A DNA stretch of 64,000 nt from a virus (Duplodnaviria > Heunggongvirae > Uroviricota > Caudoviricetes), in IMG/VR virus record IMGVR_UViG_3300042483_000604; one strand, 5' to 3'. Both the position numbers and the translations under genes were made by a program. Of the stretch, positions 27,758-38,118 are shown in pieces. The notes below the pieces were generated by a model. The model made no database searches and had not been told where the DNA came from. It was given only the letters and a program-made list of their open reading frames with translations. Numbering within the stretch: position 1 is the stretch's first letter; each line of letters starts with the position of its first letter.

Positions 27758-30091
27758 CTAATGACCTTCTGCAAAGTTATTTGCTATTTGTGGTGGTGCT
27801 TTTAGAGTTACTCCTGGAAGCTGTGTTGTTAGTTCCATCAACTCTTGAACGTAAGGCATGAACATTTCTGCTTGATCTTCTCTTACATTTATGATCAACT
27901 GGTCATGAATCTGAGCTTGTACTCTAGCATCTATTCCTAACTCTTTTGCTTTTCTATTGATCTGAATTGCTGCTCTGTTTACAACCGCCGCTGCTAGTGA
28001 CTGTAGCTGGTAGTTCAAGCAGTTGTTTAATCCATTTCGGTAATCTCTATACATCTGCATTACAGGATCTTTTCCATACTGCTCTTCAAGACTCTTTCTG
28101 AATCTCCAATCCAATACTTGATCTCCAAACTTTTCAAAGATAAGTTTTACTTTAGGTAAGTGTCTGATTCGTCCTACTTTATTTTGAATAAAGCCATGCT
28201 TCTTTACTTGCTCTCTAGAATTAATTCTCCATTCTTTTAATTGAGGAAATCCATCTAAGTAACCTGCTACTAAAGTATCAGCTTCTTTTTGAGATATGTC
28301 TAGAGTTTTTGCTAGAGCATATGCTTCCATTCCGTATGCAATTCCTAATGAATAAGCCTTAGCTTGATTTCTTTTTACTGGATCTAGTTTCTTTAAGAAG
28401 ATAGGAGATTTAGTATCAGGTGAAACACCGTCTGGATATTTTACTCTATCCTGATCAAGCTTCTCAGTTCTAATAGCAACTGTAGAATAAAAGTCCCATC
28501 CGTTGTTAAAGATCTCTTGAAGATTAATATCACCTGCTACAGAAGCAAAGCAGTGAGGTTCTAGAGAAGTATAGTCATTATCGATTAACTTTCTTCCTTC
28601 TCCTGCAATTAAGAACTCTCTTACTACATTTGTATATTTTACAAGTAGTGGAGTATCTTCTCCTTCTTCTTTAGGCTTTGGTAATTGCTGAGCATCTGAA
28701 CCATATCGTCCTGATACTGTACCGTTTTGTTTATAGTAGAAGTAGTATCTTCCATCCTCTTGACCATCCAGGAATCTATCGATGTAAGTTGATTTAATCT
28801 TCAATAACTTATTATACGTTCTAAGATTATTTGCCCATTCGTATGTCTTAGATAACTCCTCTAACATATCCATATCGAATTGATCTTGACCTTTCTTAGT
28901 CTGAGTAAGAGGTTTGATTCCCATATACTTGAATGCAATCTCACCTAAGTGTTTCTTAGACTGAATATTCAAATACTCTCCTTCATTCTCTTCCTTCCAC
29001 ATCGACATAGAGATTCTAACAACTTCCATTTCATCTAGTAGATCTAACTCTCCTGTCAGTAAGAATTGTTTTACGTTACTCTCTTCTAACTCTTCAATAG
29101 CTTTTTTAGTTAATGAATACTTTCCAGTCTTCTCACTTCTTTCTAATGGTAGGGAATGAAGCATGATTAAATTCTGTGCCCAGTTACCTTTATGTGAAGG
29201 AGGGTAAGTATATAGTGCTGTATCAACTACCCATTCTTTTGCTTCTGGAATAGCTAAGATGCTATTGATTACAATTCTCTTATTCGATTCTAAATCGTTT
29301 GTAATATCTTCTTTAGTCTTTTCTAGTAACGGAAGATCTAAAGCTACTCCTAACTCTTCCATTGGAACAGTTACTTCTTTGTAAAGAGGCATTACTTCTT
29401 CTTCAAAGAAGAATTTCTCTAGTCCTTCTTCTTTTAAAACTTTTAGGAAGTGATTACAAACCCTTAAAGTTAAATCCGTATCGGCAGCAGCATACTTAGA
29501 GAGGATTGCCATATCTGCTTTAAAGATTTCGTAAAGATCTTTTGTAGTTGATCCTCCATTTGCTTTGATAGATTCTTTTAGCTCTACCTGCTCTTTGTTG
29601 GCTGCTTCTTCTACATTCAGACCTATCTCTTTCTGAATTGAGATTGCTAATGCTTTTAGTCCAAATACTCCCATGCCGGCTCCTTCTTCCTGTACTGTAT
29701 GAACAAGGAGAGCTGTATCTACCCATAGATCTTCCAATAAAGATACTCCGTAATAGTTCTTAGTAATACGGCAGTCAAAAGAAGCATTGTGCATTACCAG
29801 TTTCTTACCCTTAAGCAGCGGGAGTAACTTTTTAGTAATGTCATGTGCTCCTTTTCCGCCGATAGTACATTCCTCTAATTGATTTGTTTCTGTATTCCAC
29901 TTCTGAGTAGGAAGGTAGAATCCTATTCCTTCTTCTCCTGATACAGACCATCCTACAACTTGATCCCTTCTTACATTTAGTCCAGTTGTCTCAGTATCGT
30001 AGGAAATAACCTCCGACTGATTAATATGTTCGATAAGTAAATTGACAGTTTCAATACTGTCGACGTGGTAATATTTTTTTTCTATTTGCAT
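27758..30091 (-). CDS. family A DNA polymerase with 3'-5' exonuclease domain
   Basis: DTETTGL exo I motif; Pol A palm/fingers region (RxxxKxxxxGxxYG-like). Confidence 0.85.
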   Translation of the reverse strand: MQIEKKYYHVDSIETVNLLIEHINQSEVISYDTETTGLNVRRDQVVGWSVSGEEGIGFYLPTQKWNTETNQLEECTIGGKGAHDITKKLLPLLKGKKLVMHNASFDCRITKNYYGVSLLEDLWVDTALLVHTVQEEGAGMGVFGLKALAISIQKEIGLNVEEAANKEQVELKESIKANGGSTTKDLYEIFKADMAILSKYAAADTDLTLRVCNHFLKVLKEEGLEKFFFEEEVMPLYKEVTVPMEELGVALDLPLLEKTKEDITNDLESNKRIVINSILAIPEAKEWVVDTALYTYPPSHKGNWAQNLIMLHSLPLERSEKTGKYSLTKKAIEELEESNVKQFLLTGELDLLDEMEVVRISMSMWKEENEGEYLNIQSKKHLGEIAFKYMGIKPLTQTKKGQDQFDMDMLEELSKTYEWANNLRTYNKLLKIKSTYIDRFLDGQEDGRYYFYYKQNGTVSGRYGSDAQQLPKPKEEGEDTPLLVKYTNVVREFLIAGEGRKLIDNDYTSLEPHCFASVAGDINLQEIFNNGWDFYSTVAIRTEKLDQDRVKYPDGVSPDTKSPIFLKKLDPVKRNQAKAYSLGIAYGMEAYALAKTLDISQKEADTLVAGYLDGFPQLKEWRINSREQVKKHGFIQNKVGRIRHLPKVKLIFEKFGDQVLDWRFRKSLEEQYGKDPVMQMYRDYRNGLNNCLNYQLQSLAAAVVNRAAIQINRKAKELGIDARVQAQIHDQLIINVREDQAEMFMPYVQELMELTTQLPGVTLKAPPQIANNFAEGH

Positions 30092-30099
30092 AACTGATT

Positions 30100-30504
30100 T
30101 TACTTAAACATTATTGTAGAACTATAATACTCTTTCCATTTTTTCTCGGCTGCGAAAACACAATCTGTTTGTAGTACTTCTTCCCCCCATTCGTCTACTC
30201 TGGTAAGAGCTTGGTCATAAAACCTTACATAAAGTTCTATATCAGAACCATTATCTACTATCATTTTATTTAAGACAGGAGTAAGTACTGCACAAGCATA
30301 CCCTTGTCTGTACTTGTAATTATCCATTCTTCTATAGAAATCTATAGACTGCCCTACTTTAATAACCTTTCCTTTCTGTACAAGTAAGTATACAGCTTTT
30401 CTAGTCTGTCTTGACTTATAAGGCCAGTTATCTAATCTTAACTTGTTTGGATCTTCATGTGCAGAAAAAGTATTAACCTTTTCAAAACTTTGATGGACTT
30501 TCAT
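30100..30504 (-). CDS. hypothetical protein (weak GIY-YIG-like N-terminus)
   Basis: VYLL..GKVIKVGQS pattern only. Confidence 0.35.
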   Translation of the reverse strand: MKVHQSFEKVNTFSAHEDPNKLRLDNWPYKSRQTRKAVYLLVQKGKVIKVGQSIDFYRRMDNYKYRQGYACAVLTPVLNKMIVDNGSDIELYVRFYDQALTRVDEWGEEVLQTDCVFAAEKKWKEYYSSTIMFK

Positions 30505-30530
30505 ACATAACCTTTTTTAATTTATATAAT

Positions 30531-30562
30531 ATAAAGATACGAAAAGAGCTGCGGTTAAGCAA
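30531..30562 (-). promoter_or_regulatory. promoter motif (TATCTTTAT -7) with hairpin in spacer
   Basis: sequence. Confidence 0.45.
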
Positions 30563-30572
30563 CTCTTTTTTA

Positions 30573-30872
30573 TTAATATTCCCCGTAAAGGTCAAACTTT
30601 TCTGGCTCTGGAGGTGTCCAAGTAACTGTCTGTGTTTTAATAGCGTAGAGCTCTCCTTTTAAAGGTTCTAATCTATAAGCTCCTTTAAATTCTGTCGCTC
30701 TCATATAAGCCGATAGAGTTGGTACTAGTCCTTCAATTACTCCAGGAGGAAATCCATACCACTCTCCTTTCCAATTATCACCTGGCGGTACTCTCCTTGC
30801 AATCAACTCAAGTACTTCTTCTTGTCTTGAATTAGCTTCCATTATTGGCGTAATGTTTTTTCCATTCTGCAT
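30573..30872 (-). CDS. hypothetical protein
   Basis: ORF track; 3' overlap with the QueF-like gene. Confidence 0.4.
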   Translation of the reverse strand: MQNGKNITPIMEANSRQEEVLELIARRVPPGDNWKGEWYGFPPGVIEGLVPTLSAYMRATEFKGAYRLEPLKGELYAIKTQTVTWTPPEPEKFDLYGEY

Positions 30873-31765
30873 TTTACATCTGCAAAGAAGCTTGGGATTA
30901 ATTCCTTATGTGAAGCTCTTACTGGATTAATATCTAATCCTCCTCTACGAGTGTAAAGACAAGCTACCATTAATTCTTCTGGATTGTAAGCTTCTCTTAA
31001 GTGCATGTAAACCATTTCACAAATCTCTTCGTGGAAGTGACTTACTTGTCTGTGACTTACAATATATTTTGCTAATGATTCTAAATTAGGAACAACTCCT
31101 GCTTTAGGTTTAATGTGAATAAATACATCACCCCAGTCTGGTTGATTTGTTACTCTACAATTTGATCTTAAAAGATTTGATTGTATTTTGATTACTCCAA
31201 TTTCGAAATCATCATCTACTTCTTCTGTTTCCAATTGTGTAGCATCTGAATGATAAGAAGTAAATTCAATATTATCTAGATTAGCTATTTGATCCAATTG
31301 TGCATATCCTTTAAATGCATATGCTGGTCCAAAGTCTGAAGTAAACATCTCTACTTCTACATTTGTTTGTAACTTCTCAGATAAATCTCTCTTTACTCTA
31401 TCTTTTAAAATTGCAATACACTCTGCTGCTGTATCTCCCATTTGAGTCATATTGAATGAATTCAAATACAATTTGATAGATTTAGACTCTACGTGAAGTT
31501 TTGAATCTGCTGGATAGTAAATTTTCAACATCCCTACTACTGGAAGTCCTTTTGTAGTGATTGCTGATACTTCGTATGCATTCCAAACATCTCCTCCAAC
31601 AAATGGTAAGTTGTTATCGTCTATTCCGTATGCTTCTCTGTTTAAGTAACGAGGAATCTCTACTAATAATTCTGGATCATAAGTATCCTTATAACCTTCT
31701 CCTCCTACTTTACCAAGATGCTTTCCGGCAATCTTTACTACTTCTGCTTGATTTAATTCTGCCAT
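30842..31765 (-). CDS. queF: QueF-like protein (type II 7-cyano-7-deazaguanine reductase family)
   Basis: ESKSIKLYLNSF motif and two-domain T-fold size (~300 aa). Confidence 0.6.
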   Translation of the reverse strand: MAELNQAEVVKIAGKHLGKVGGEGYKDTYDPELLVEIPRYLNREAYGIDDNNLPFVGGDVWNAYEVSAITTKGLPVVGMLKIYYPADSKLHVESKSIKLYLNSFNMTQMGDTAAECIAILKDRVKRDLSEKLQTNVEVEMFTSDFGPAYAFKGYAQLDQIANLDNIEFTSYHSDATQLETEEVDDDFEIGVIKIQSNLLRSNCRVTNQPDWGDVFIHIKPKAGVVPNLESLAKYIVSHRQVSHFHEEICEMVYMHLREAYNPEELMVACLYTRRGGLDINPVRASHKELIPSFFADVKCRMEKTLRQ

Positions 31766-31766
31766 G

Positions 31767-32318
31767 TTATTTTATATAGTTTAATATTTGTTCAACTCTT
31801 TGTTTAGGACTTCCTGATACTGTTAAGTAATCTCCTCCTAATGCTTTAATTGCTTTTAAGTTATTCTCAAATTGCTTATCGATTGCATCTCTCCATCCTT
31901 CGTTAACACTTCTTACTCCATCATCTACAGAAGCAAATTCAATAGGGAAATAAATAAAATGTGTATATTGATCCTTAACTCTCATCCAAGTATCTAAGAT
32001 ATAATTGTATGTACTATCAGAAATGTTTTCCATATAAGTAGAATATACTACTAGGTCTAAATAACATCTGTCAAGTATTACATCTCCTGGCTGTAGTAAA
32101 GCCTCTAAATGAAAAGAAGAAATAGCAAGCTGTGTTTCAGAAGTTCCATCTTCGTTAATAGGAAATCCATATTTACCAACCGTTCTTGTTGATTCGTTTA
32201 TAAAATTAAACTCTGGAAGTCTATCTTTTAATAATTCGTATACAGTAGTCTTTCCTACTGATGATGCTCCTACTAATGCTATTCTTTTCATAACTAATTT
32301 TTTAAGAAGTCTACCCAA
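31767..32318 (-). CDS. P-loop NTPase/kinase
   Basis: Walker A GASSVGKTT. Confidence 0.5.
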   Translation of the reverse strand: MGRLLKKLVMKRIALVGASSVGKTTVYELLKDRLPEFNFINESTRTVGKYGFPINEDGTSETQLAISSFHLEALLQPGDVILDRCYLDLVVYSTYMENISDSTYNYILDTWMRVKDQYTHFIYFPIEFASVDDGVRSVNEGWRDAIDKQFENNLKAIKALGGDYLTVSGSPKQRVEQILNYIK

Positions 32319-32821
32319 AGACTTACTGATATACTATGTAATATATGAAATAATTCTCCAATCTCCAACCCTTTTATAGAAACTTTTCTACTACGGAGTA
32401 TCTCTCCTTCATCAACTCCTTCTGTTACTCTATGAATAACACATCCTGAGGATTCTAATCCTAGGTCGAAAGCTTTTTGCTGAGGATCTTTTCCTTTTAG
32501 TTCTGGATATTCAGTTATAAGTCCTGGATGTCCGTTATAGATTTCAAATCGATTACAGATATATGGAGGCATAATTCTCAACCATCCATGAAGAGTTACT
32601 AAAGGATTTCCATATTGGCCAAGTATCATTGACAATTCTTCTTCTGTAGGTTTATTCTCTACAAAGACTAAATGCTTTGATTCTAAAGCCGGATGAATCT
32701 TTCTAAGATGTTCTGGTCTTTCGTTTGTTACTATCATATCAGGCCATCTTCCTAAAAGCTTTGACACTTCTACGATCTCTGATCCTGTTTGACTAAAGAA
32801 TGCTATCCAAGGCCTACTCAT
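32294..32821 (-). CDS. formyltransferase (PurN/Fmt N-domain family)
   Basis: YNGHPGLI...SGCVIHRVTEGVDEGEIL matches the formyl_trans_N catalytic block. Confidence 0.6.
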   Translation of the reverse strand: MSRPWIAFFSQTGSEIVEVSKLLGRWPDMIVTNERPEHLRKIHPALESKHLVFVENKPTEEELSMILGQYGNPLVTLHGWLRIMPPYICNRFEIYNGHPGLITEYPELKGKDPQQKAFDLGLESSGCVIHRVTEGVDEGEILRSRKVSIKGLEIGELFHILHSISVSLWVDFLKN

Positions 32822-32999
32822 GTGATATACTTATTATTCTACTTTCATCTACAAAGATAAAATTACCTTTTACTCTTAAACTGTACGAAGGTTTTCCTGA
32901 AGTGTTATTTACTATTCCAAATACTTCAGCATCTATAATCTCATTATCGAGATTAATAATAACCATCTCTCCTACTTTATACTTTGCGTCCATTTGCAA
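32814..32999 (-). CDS. small hypothetical protein
   Basis: ORF track. Confidence 0.3.
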   Translation of the reverse strand: MQMDAKYKVGEMVIINLDNEIIDAEVFGIVNNTSGKPSYSLRVKGNFIFVDESRIISISHE

Positions 33000-33771
33000 A
33001 CCATCTGAATTTGTGAATGTTCTGAAGAATCATATTCGTATCTTCTGGTACGTAATTGATTAGTTCAAATAACTTTTGAGACTCTTTTGACCATAATCCG
33101 TCTGCTCTATACTCAATTCCTTTTATACCATGTACAACTGGATTAGAAGTATCTAAAGAATAGATCCATTTATAATCTGAGTAAAAAGAAAACTCTTGAG
33201 GTAATCCACATCCTAATAAGTGATGCTTCTTCTCTTCGTTTATTACACCGTCTCTCAACAGATCTCCTAGTAGCTTAACCCTTCCTAACATCCAGCTAAC
33301 ATACTTGTTAGGATGAGAAATAGTATTAGTATAGTACGAATAGTCGAATGAAATTGCAATCATATCTACATTTGCAATCTTATCCATATACTCATAACAA
33401 GTCTTAATTTGACTATAAGTCTTTCCTTGAACAACTCCTATTTTCTTTCCTGGAAGATTTTTATATTTGTTATTCCATTCAGTCATCTGCTTAACAGTCT
33501 TCTTTGCATCTTCTAAAGCATCTGGAACTATATACCAATCTGGCTTTAATTCTAATACCCATCCTGCAAACTTCTCTGCATCAAAAGCTTCTTCTAATTC
33601 AAATATAGAATTATCTAAAATAATTTCTCTACCTGCTTCTTTAGCTTCTTGAAACTGTTTTAAGTATTCTGGATCTTCTTCAAATAAGTGAACAAGTGCA
33701 TAGTCGTAATCAGTATGCTTTTGTACTTCTTTAAATATACTCTTCGGTGATTCGTGTGCTATCTTAATCAT
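32977..33771 (-). CDS. dpdA: DpdA-like DNA/tRNA-guanine transglycosylase homologue (TGT fold, no zinc subdomain)
   Basis: GVVQGKT (TGT GIVQGG-like), HHLLGCGLPQEF (YLMGVGxP-like), SLDTSNPVVHG (DCVLPTRxGRxG-like). Confidence 0.55.
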   Translation of the reverse strand: MIKIAHESPKSIFKEVQKHTDYDYALVHLFEEDPEYLKQFQEAKEAGREIILDNSIFELEEAFDAEKFAGWVLELKPDWYIVPDALEDAKKTVKQMTEWNNKYKNLPGKKIGVVQGKTYSQIKTCYEYMDKIANVDMIAISFDYSYYTNTISHPNKYVSWMLGRVKLLGDLLRDGVINEEKKHHLLGCGLPQEFSFYSDYKWIYSLDTSNPVVHGIKGIEYRADGLWSKESQKLFELINYVPEDTNMILQNIHKFRWFANGRKV

Positions 33772-33967
33772 TATTTTCTGGTGTTATATCTTCTAAATCT
33801 TCTACTAACCCTCCTAGCTGTGTCTGTAATGTTTCCATAACTTCTGCCAGCTGACTATCAATAGATTTCTCAACTGCTTTATAAGCCTCTGATAAAGGAA
33901 TCATATCTATACCTAAAGTATCAATAAACACTTTATGCTTTTCTAAATGGTCTAGTGCTGCTTGCAT
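33764..33967 (-). CDS. small hypothetical protein
   Basis: ORF track. Confidence 0.35.
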   Translation of the reverse strand: MQAALDHLEKHKVFIDTLGIDMIPLSEAYKAVEKSIDSQLAEVMETLQTQLGGLVEDLEDITPENND

Positions 33968-34479
33968 TATTTACTTCTATTAAATTTACTTAACTGCTCT
34001 TGAGTAAAAAACTGAGAAAGATCTGGTCGGAAGTAGTTTACATTCTTCATTACTTTTCTATCTCTTGTTCTATAAACAACGTAATACTCTCCAACTTTTT
34101 CGTAATGACACTCCTCACCTTGCTCACTCGATCTCTGAATGACAGTTGCTTTAGCGTCTTCTTCTGTTTGGCAAGCTTTTGATAGATTTGATGCTTGAAC
34201 TTCTCTATATGCTGGCCATATCTTATCCTTAAGGCCATGTAACATAGTACCGTTCCCAGTGGCAACATAAGTAATATCGCACAAAGCATCCAGAACCTCA
34301 ACGATGTCTCCTGCTTCGCAAGCTGCTCTATATTCTTCCAATTCCTCAAGGATGAAATTGTATACAAACTCCCATTCTTTTCTTTCGGGGATAGTTGGTT
34401 CATAGTTATTAGGTTTGCCCATTACGGCGTTAAATTCTTCTACTTCGTCAATAAAAGGTACTTTTGGATCTGTAATCAT
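33967..34479 (-). CDS. MazG-like nucleoside-triphosphate pyrophosphohydrolase
   Basis: EELEEYRAA...DIVEVLDALCDI all-alpha NTP-PPase pattern. Confidence 0.45.
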   Translation of the reverse strand: MITDPKVPFIDEVEEFNAVMGKPNNYEPTIPERKEWEFVYNFILEELEEYRAACEAGDIVEVLDALCDITYVATGNGTMLHGLKDKIWPAYREVQASNLSKACQTEEDAKATVIQRSSEQGEECHYEKVGEYYVVYRTRDRKVMKNVNYFRPDLSQFFTQEQLSKFNRSK

Positions 34480-34531
34480 ATCTTTTTACTTTTTTATTAA
34501 TATAAGAAATTGGCTCCGAAGAGCCAACTTA

Positions 34532-34729
34532 TTATTCAATTACTTTTAGGATTTTAGATTGGTTAACTCCTACTACTGTAAAGTTAGACTCTCCTTCAAA
34601 CTCTTTATAGATTTTTGCTTCAGCATCTGTTGCTGAAATTGCATCTACTAAATAAAGTTCTTTTACTCTTTGGATACGACCTCGGTCATTTTCGTGCTCC
34701 AATTGCACAGTTACTTGCCAATAATTCAT
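34532..34729 (-). CDS. small hypothetical protein
   Basis: ORF track. Confidence 0.4.
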   Translation of the reverse strand: MNYWQVTVQLEHENDRGRIQRVKELYLVDAISATDAEAKIYKEFEGESNFTVVGVNQSKILKVIE

Positions 34730-34741
34730 AATGTTTGGTTT

Positions 34742-35452
34742 TTATTTACAACTATATCCTTTTACAAATTCGTAAAATTCTGCTCTTGCTGATGCTTCGT
34801 CTAAGAAACATCCTGTTAATTTTGCTGTCTTCATTGAAGCACCTTGATGCTTAATACCTCTACAGCTTACACAATTATGTCCTGCTTCAATCATAACTGC
34901 TACTCCTAGATTACCTTCACAGATCTTATCTACTGCATTATGAATTGCAACTGTTAATTGTTCTTGGATAGCTCCTCTACGAGCAAATTGCTCTACAATT
35001 CTATTCAATTTAGAAAGTCCAACTACTTTTCCATCTGCTGAAGGAACATATCCGATATGAACTCTTCCTGTGATTGTTTGGTGATGATGAGAGCACATTG
35101 AAGTAATTGGAATGTTTCCTTCGAATACTATTCCGTCATACCCATCAGAAGGGAATGCTGTGATCTTAGTCATTGGTTCAAATCGACCTGCCCATAAATC
35201 ATTTACATATGCTTTTGCAACTCTCTTAGGAGTATCAGATGAATTTGGATCATTACTCCAATCACACCCTAAAGCTGAAAGGAATTGCCCAAAAGCTACT
35301 GCAGCATTCTCGATAATAGCTTGCTTTTCTTCTTCAGTTAGTCTTGCTTCTGGACCATCTATTAATTGTTTTTTTGCTAATTGTGTTGAGATTCCATTAG
35401 CGAATCCGGCTTGTACTAATTCTGTACCGTCGATAAATTTTTTATTTGACAT
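34742..35452 (-). CDS. folE: GTP cyclohydrolase I
   Basis: conserved FolE core (SMCSHHH, GYVP) and length. Confidence 0.8.
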   Translation of the reverse strand: MSNKKFIDGTELVQAGFANGISTQLAKKQLIDGPEARLTEEEKQAIIENAAVAFGQFLSALGCDWSNDPNSSDTPKRVAKAYVNDLWAGRFEPMTKITAFPSDGYDGIVFEGNIPITSMCSHHHQTITGRVHIGYVPSADGKVVGLSKLNRIVEQFARRGAIQEQLTVAIHNAVDKICEGNLGVAVMIEAGHNCVSCRGIKHQGASMKTAKLTGCFLDEASARAEFYEFVKGYSCK

Positions 35453-35492
35453 ATAAGATTGTTTTTATGGAGGTTCTACGACTCCGTTTTAT

Positions 35493-35523
35493 TTAATATA
35501 ACATTTTTTATTCTATCCTGCAA
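35493..35523 (-). promoter_or_regulatory. promoter motif (TATATTAAA -7 variant) upstream of folE
   Basis: sequence. Confidence 0.35.
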
Positions 35524-35919
35524 CTATTTTTTCAAATAATCTTGAATAGTTTCTGAATCATTTCTTTCCCAAGGGTAAACAATCCACTCTGTTCCTACTT
35601 CTTTTGAATAGAAGTCTGGGGTAAATATTGCTGTTGGTTTGTAATGAAGCGTTGCAGTATACATTCCAATAGTCTTTTTTAACGTCTCTCCTGTATCACA
35701 AATGTCATCTACAACAAGAGTATCTTTATTTATTCTACTAACGAAAGGTATATGGAGCTTGTGGGAGATCATTACTGCTGGTATTAACCCTCCTCTTTGA
35801 ATACCTGTTATCGATTTAATTTCTGCTCCTGATGAAGCTATTGTCTGACATAAATCTTCTACTAAGATATTAATATCATCCCAGCTTAAATAAACTTTGT
35901 TTCCTATTTTTAGTGCCAT
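35524..35919 (-). CDS. type I phosphoribosyltransferase (purine/xanthine-guanine PRTase-like)
   Basis: LVVDDICDTGETL PRPP-binding motif. Confidence 0.65.
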   Translation of the reverse strand: MALKIGNKVYLSWDDINILVEDLCQTIASSGAEIKSITGIQRGGLIPAVMISHKLHIPFVSRINKDTLVVDDICDTGETLKKTIGMYTATLHYKPTAIFTPDFYSKEVGTEWIVYPWERNDSETIQDYLKK

Positions 35920-35921
35920 AA

Positions 35922-36521
35922 CTAGTTAAGTTTTACTTGATAATCTACAAACGTTGCTTTCTTTGGTGCTTCATTTAAGAAATAGAAAGCAAGTGTTTTA
36001 TTTTTAGTTTTGATAATTTTATAGAAAGCTGTTGGTATAGCTGCACCTGCAGGTACTCTTTTAGGTACTTTGTCAAATACTATTTTTATTTCTACATTGA
36101 CTGGTCCTTCTGAAAAGGCTAGAAGTCTTTCATAGTCTTCTAATAATCTCCAATGAACTCTGTTCAGTCTTTCATTCTGTAGGGTACAGTTTAAGTATGA
36201 AAATGTTTTAAGTAACATTTCTCTAGTGCAGTTAAAGTCTGCCGCTGGAGCACAATGTCCTTTGTCGTAAACATTATTTACATAATCTTTTGCATCTGAA
36301 GTATGAATTGTTTTATCTGTATAAAAATCCATTCCTTTTCTAGATGCTCCAGCACCTGTACATAGTACTTGGTACTTTACCCACAATGGTTGTTCTAGTG
36401 TCTCTGAATACATCACTTCGTAGATGTCTGTCTTTACATAAACGCTATCTCTTAACTGTCCAAACCCTACTAACGGAAGTAAGAGTAATAATAAAAACTT
36501 CTTCATATTATACCTTTGCAA
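35922..36521 (-). CDS. secreted DNA/RNA non-specific endonuclease (Serratia nuclease family)
   Basis: signal peptide; DKGHCAP matches the DRGH active-site motif. Confidence 0.6.
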   Translation of the reverse strand: MQRYNMKKFLLLLLLPLVGFGQLRDSVYVKTDIYEVMYSETLEQPLWVKYQVLCTGAGASRKGMDFYTDKTIHTSDAKDYVNNVYDKGHCAPAADFNCTREMLLKTFSYLNCTLQNERLNRVHWRLLEDYERLLAFSEGPVNVEIKIVFDKVPKRVPAGAAIPTAFYKIIKTKNKTLAFYFLNEAPKKATFVDYQVKLN

Positions 36522-36807
36522 TTGTAATTCCTTCCACGTCTACTATTGGTAGTTGTGAGATAATTTCATCTCCTGATACTTCTGGATCTGTTGACTCCAG
36601 TACGTAGTTTACTAATTCTTCGATAGATACTTTATCTTTAAATCCTGTCTTACCTGAGTCGCTTGGTATTAGTACTAACTCTAATTCAAAATTTTTAGTA
36701 CCGTTAAACTGTAACTTATAGTCCCAGATGTAAAGGCCATCTGCTTTTGGATATGCTTTTGATAATTCTCTGTCTCCTGCTAAATCGATTAGATCTTTTA
36801 ATGTCAT
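36508..36807 (-). CDS. hypothetical protein
   Basis: ORF track. Confidence 0.4.
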   Translation of the reverse strand: MTLKDLIDLAGDRELSKAYPKADGLYIWDYKLQFNGTKNFELELVLIPSDSGKTGFKDKVSIEELVNYVLESTDPEVSGDEIISQLPIVDVEGITIAKV

Positions 36808-37005
36808 AACTTTATTTTTTATTTAATTGAATATTTAATTTTTCCGTCTGGTGATTGTGCTGTGATGCCTCCGTTTGTTATACTTGTTAGTTCTAGGAAG
36901 CAGCTAGTCTTAATTAAGTGCTTTACCTGTGCTGTTTGTAATTGACCCTTTCTCCATAGTGTATGAAGAGTGTACAATGTTTCTACTGTAGTTGCTGGTC
37001 TCATC

Positions 37006-37779
37006 CTACACTTCTCTTTTGTCCTCAAATGCAATGATGTGAGGTCTCCAAGTCAATCTGTAACCATTATCTCTCACCCAATCAAACATTTTTGGATATG
37101 ATTTGAATAAAGCTTCTCTTGAATCTCCAGCTGGCATGAACCATACTTTGTCTTGAGGTATGTCTAGCATTTTAATACAAGCCATAATTTCTGCTAACGC
37201 TTCTTGATCCTCTCCATCCCATACTGGCTTTAAGTGGTAATCGGAATGATACGAGATTGATTTAGAAATTGCATCGTAGTTTAATCTTAACTTGTTATGC
37301 TGTTTGATCATTCTTTCATCTGTAACGTCTCCTTGAGGTGTGAGTACGCCAACCTTAGGGACAGAATTACTGAACTTAGGGGAGATTGATAATAGATTAA
37401 TTGGGTAATCCGTTTCAAGAAAATGACTTCCTTCGGTCTCAATTGTAATGAAAATATTTCTTTCATGTGCAAAATGTGTTAATTCATTTACTAATGCTGG
37501 ATGCATTGTTGGTGATCCTCCTGTTAGCATCATCTCTGTGATGTGAGGATTCTTATCGTACATGTTGATAATGTCTTGGAAACTAATATGTCCTTTTTCA
37601 GGATGAATACTTGTGTACCAAGAATCACACCATCCACCTTCACCAAACCAACATCTGTGAGTACAGCCTGTTGTTCTGATTACTACTGTTGGATAGCCTG
37701 CTCTACTTCCTTCTGATTGTACAGCTGTATAAAGCTCTACAATTGGAAGTGTTTTGTTATAATCTTCTATTCTTTTCAT
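37006..37779 (-). CDS. queE: 7-carboxy-7-deazaguanine synthase (radical SAM)
   Basis: CTHRCWFG radical-SAM Cys motif near N-terminus, QueE length. Confidence 0.7.
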   Translation of the reverse strand: MKRIEDYNKTLPIVELYTAVQSEGSRAGYPTVVIRTTGCTHRCWFGEGGWCDSWYTSIHPEKGHISFQDIINMYDKNPHITEMMLTGGSPTMHPALVNELTHFAHERNIFITIETEGSHFLETDYPINLLSISPKFSNSVPKVGVLTPQGDVTDERMIKQHNKLRLNYDAISKSISYHSDYHLKPVWDGEDQEALAEIMACIKMLDIPQDKVWFMPAGDSREALFKSYPKMFDWVRDNGYRLTWRPHIIAFEDKREV

Positions 37780-37908
37780 CTACCTGTTATTTGTTTTATA
37801 TACATTTCTACCGCTACTACTTTCTGTCTTAGATTTAATTTAGAGTCTATTACATCCTGTAAGTATTTGTGGAACTCTTCCATTGTTAAATTAGGTTTTG
37901 CTACCATA

Positions 37909-38118
37909 CTATCCGATATCGTAATGTTCCCAAATAGCATCGATATGCTCTCTTAACTTTTCCATAGCTGCTCTAGCTTCTTTACATAGTTGAACTAATT
38001 CCGGATCTTCTTCTCCTTTATATCCATAATGCTCAACCCAATATCCAAATCCTTGATTATCAATTTCTCCGAATAATTGTTCTGCTTCTTCTTCTGATAG
38101 TTTAATTTTACTCTCCAT
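37909..38118 (-). CDS. small hypothetical protein
   Basis: ORF track. Confidence 0.35.
   Translation of the reverse strand: MESKIKLSEEEAEQLFGEIDNQGFGYWVEHYGYKGEEDPELVQLCKEARAAMEKLREHIDAIWEHYDIG

Noticed and set aside
34050-34403. 117-aa minus-strand ORF
   Set aside because: It is fully nested in a different frame inside the longer MazG-like ORF 33967-34479, which has the better start context and a recognisable fold motif.
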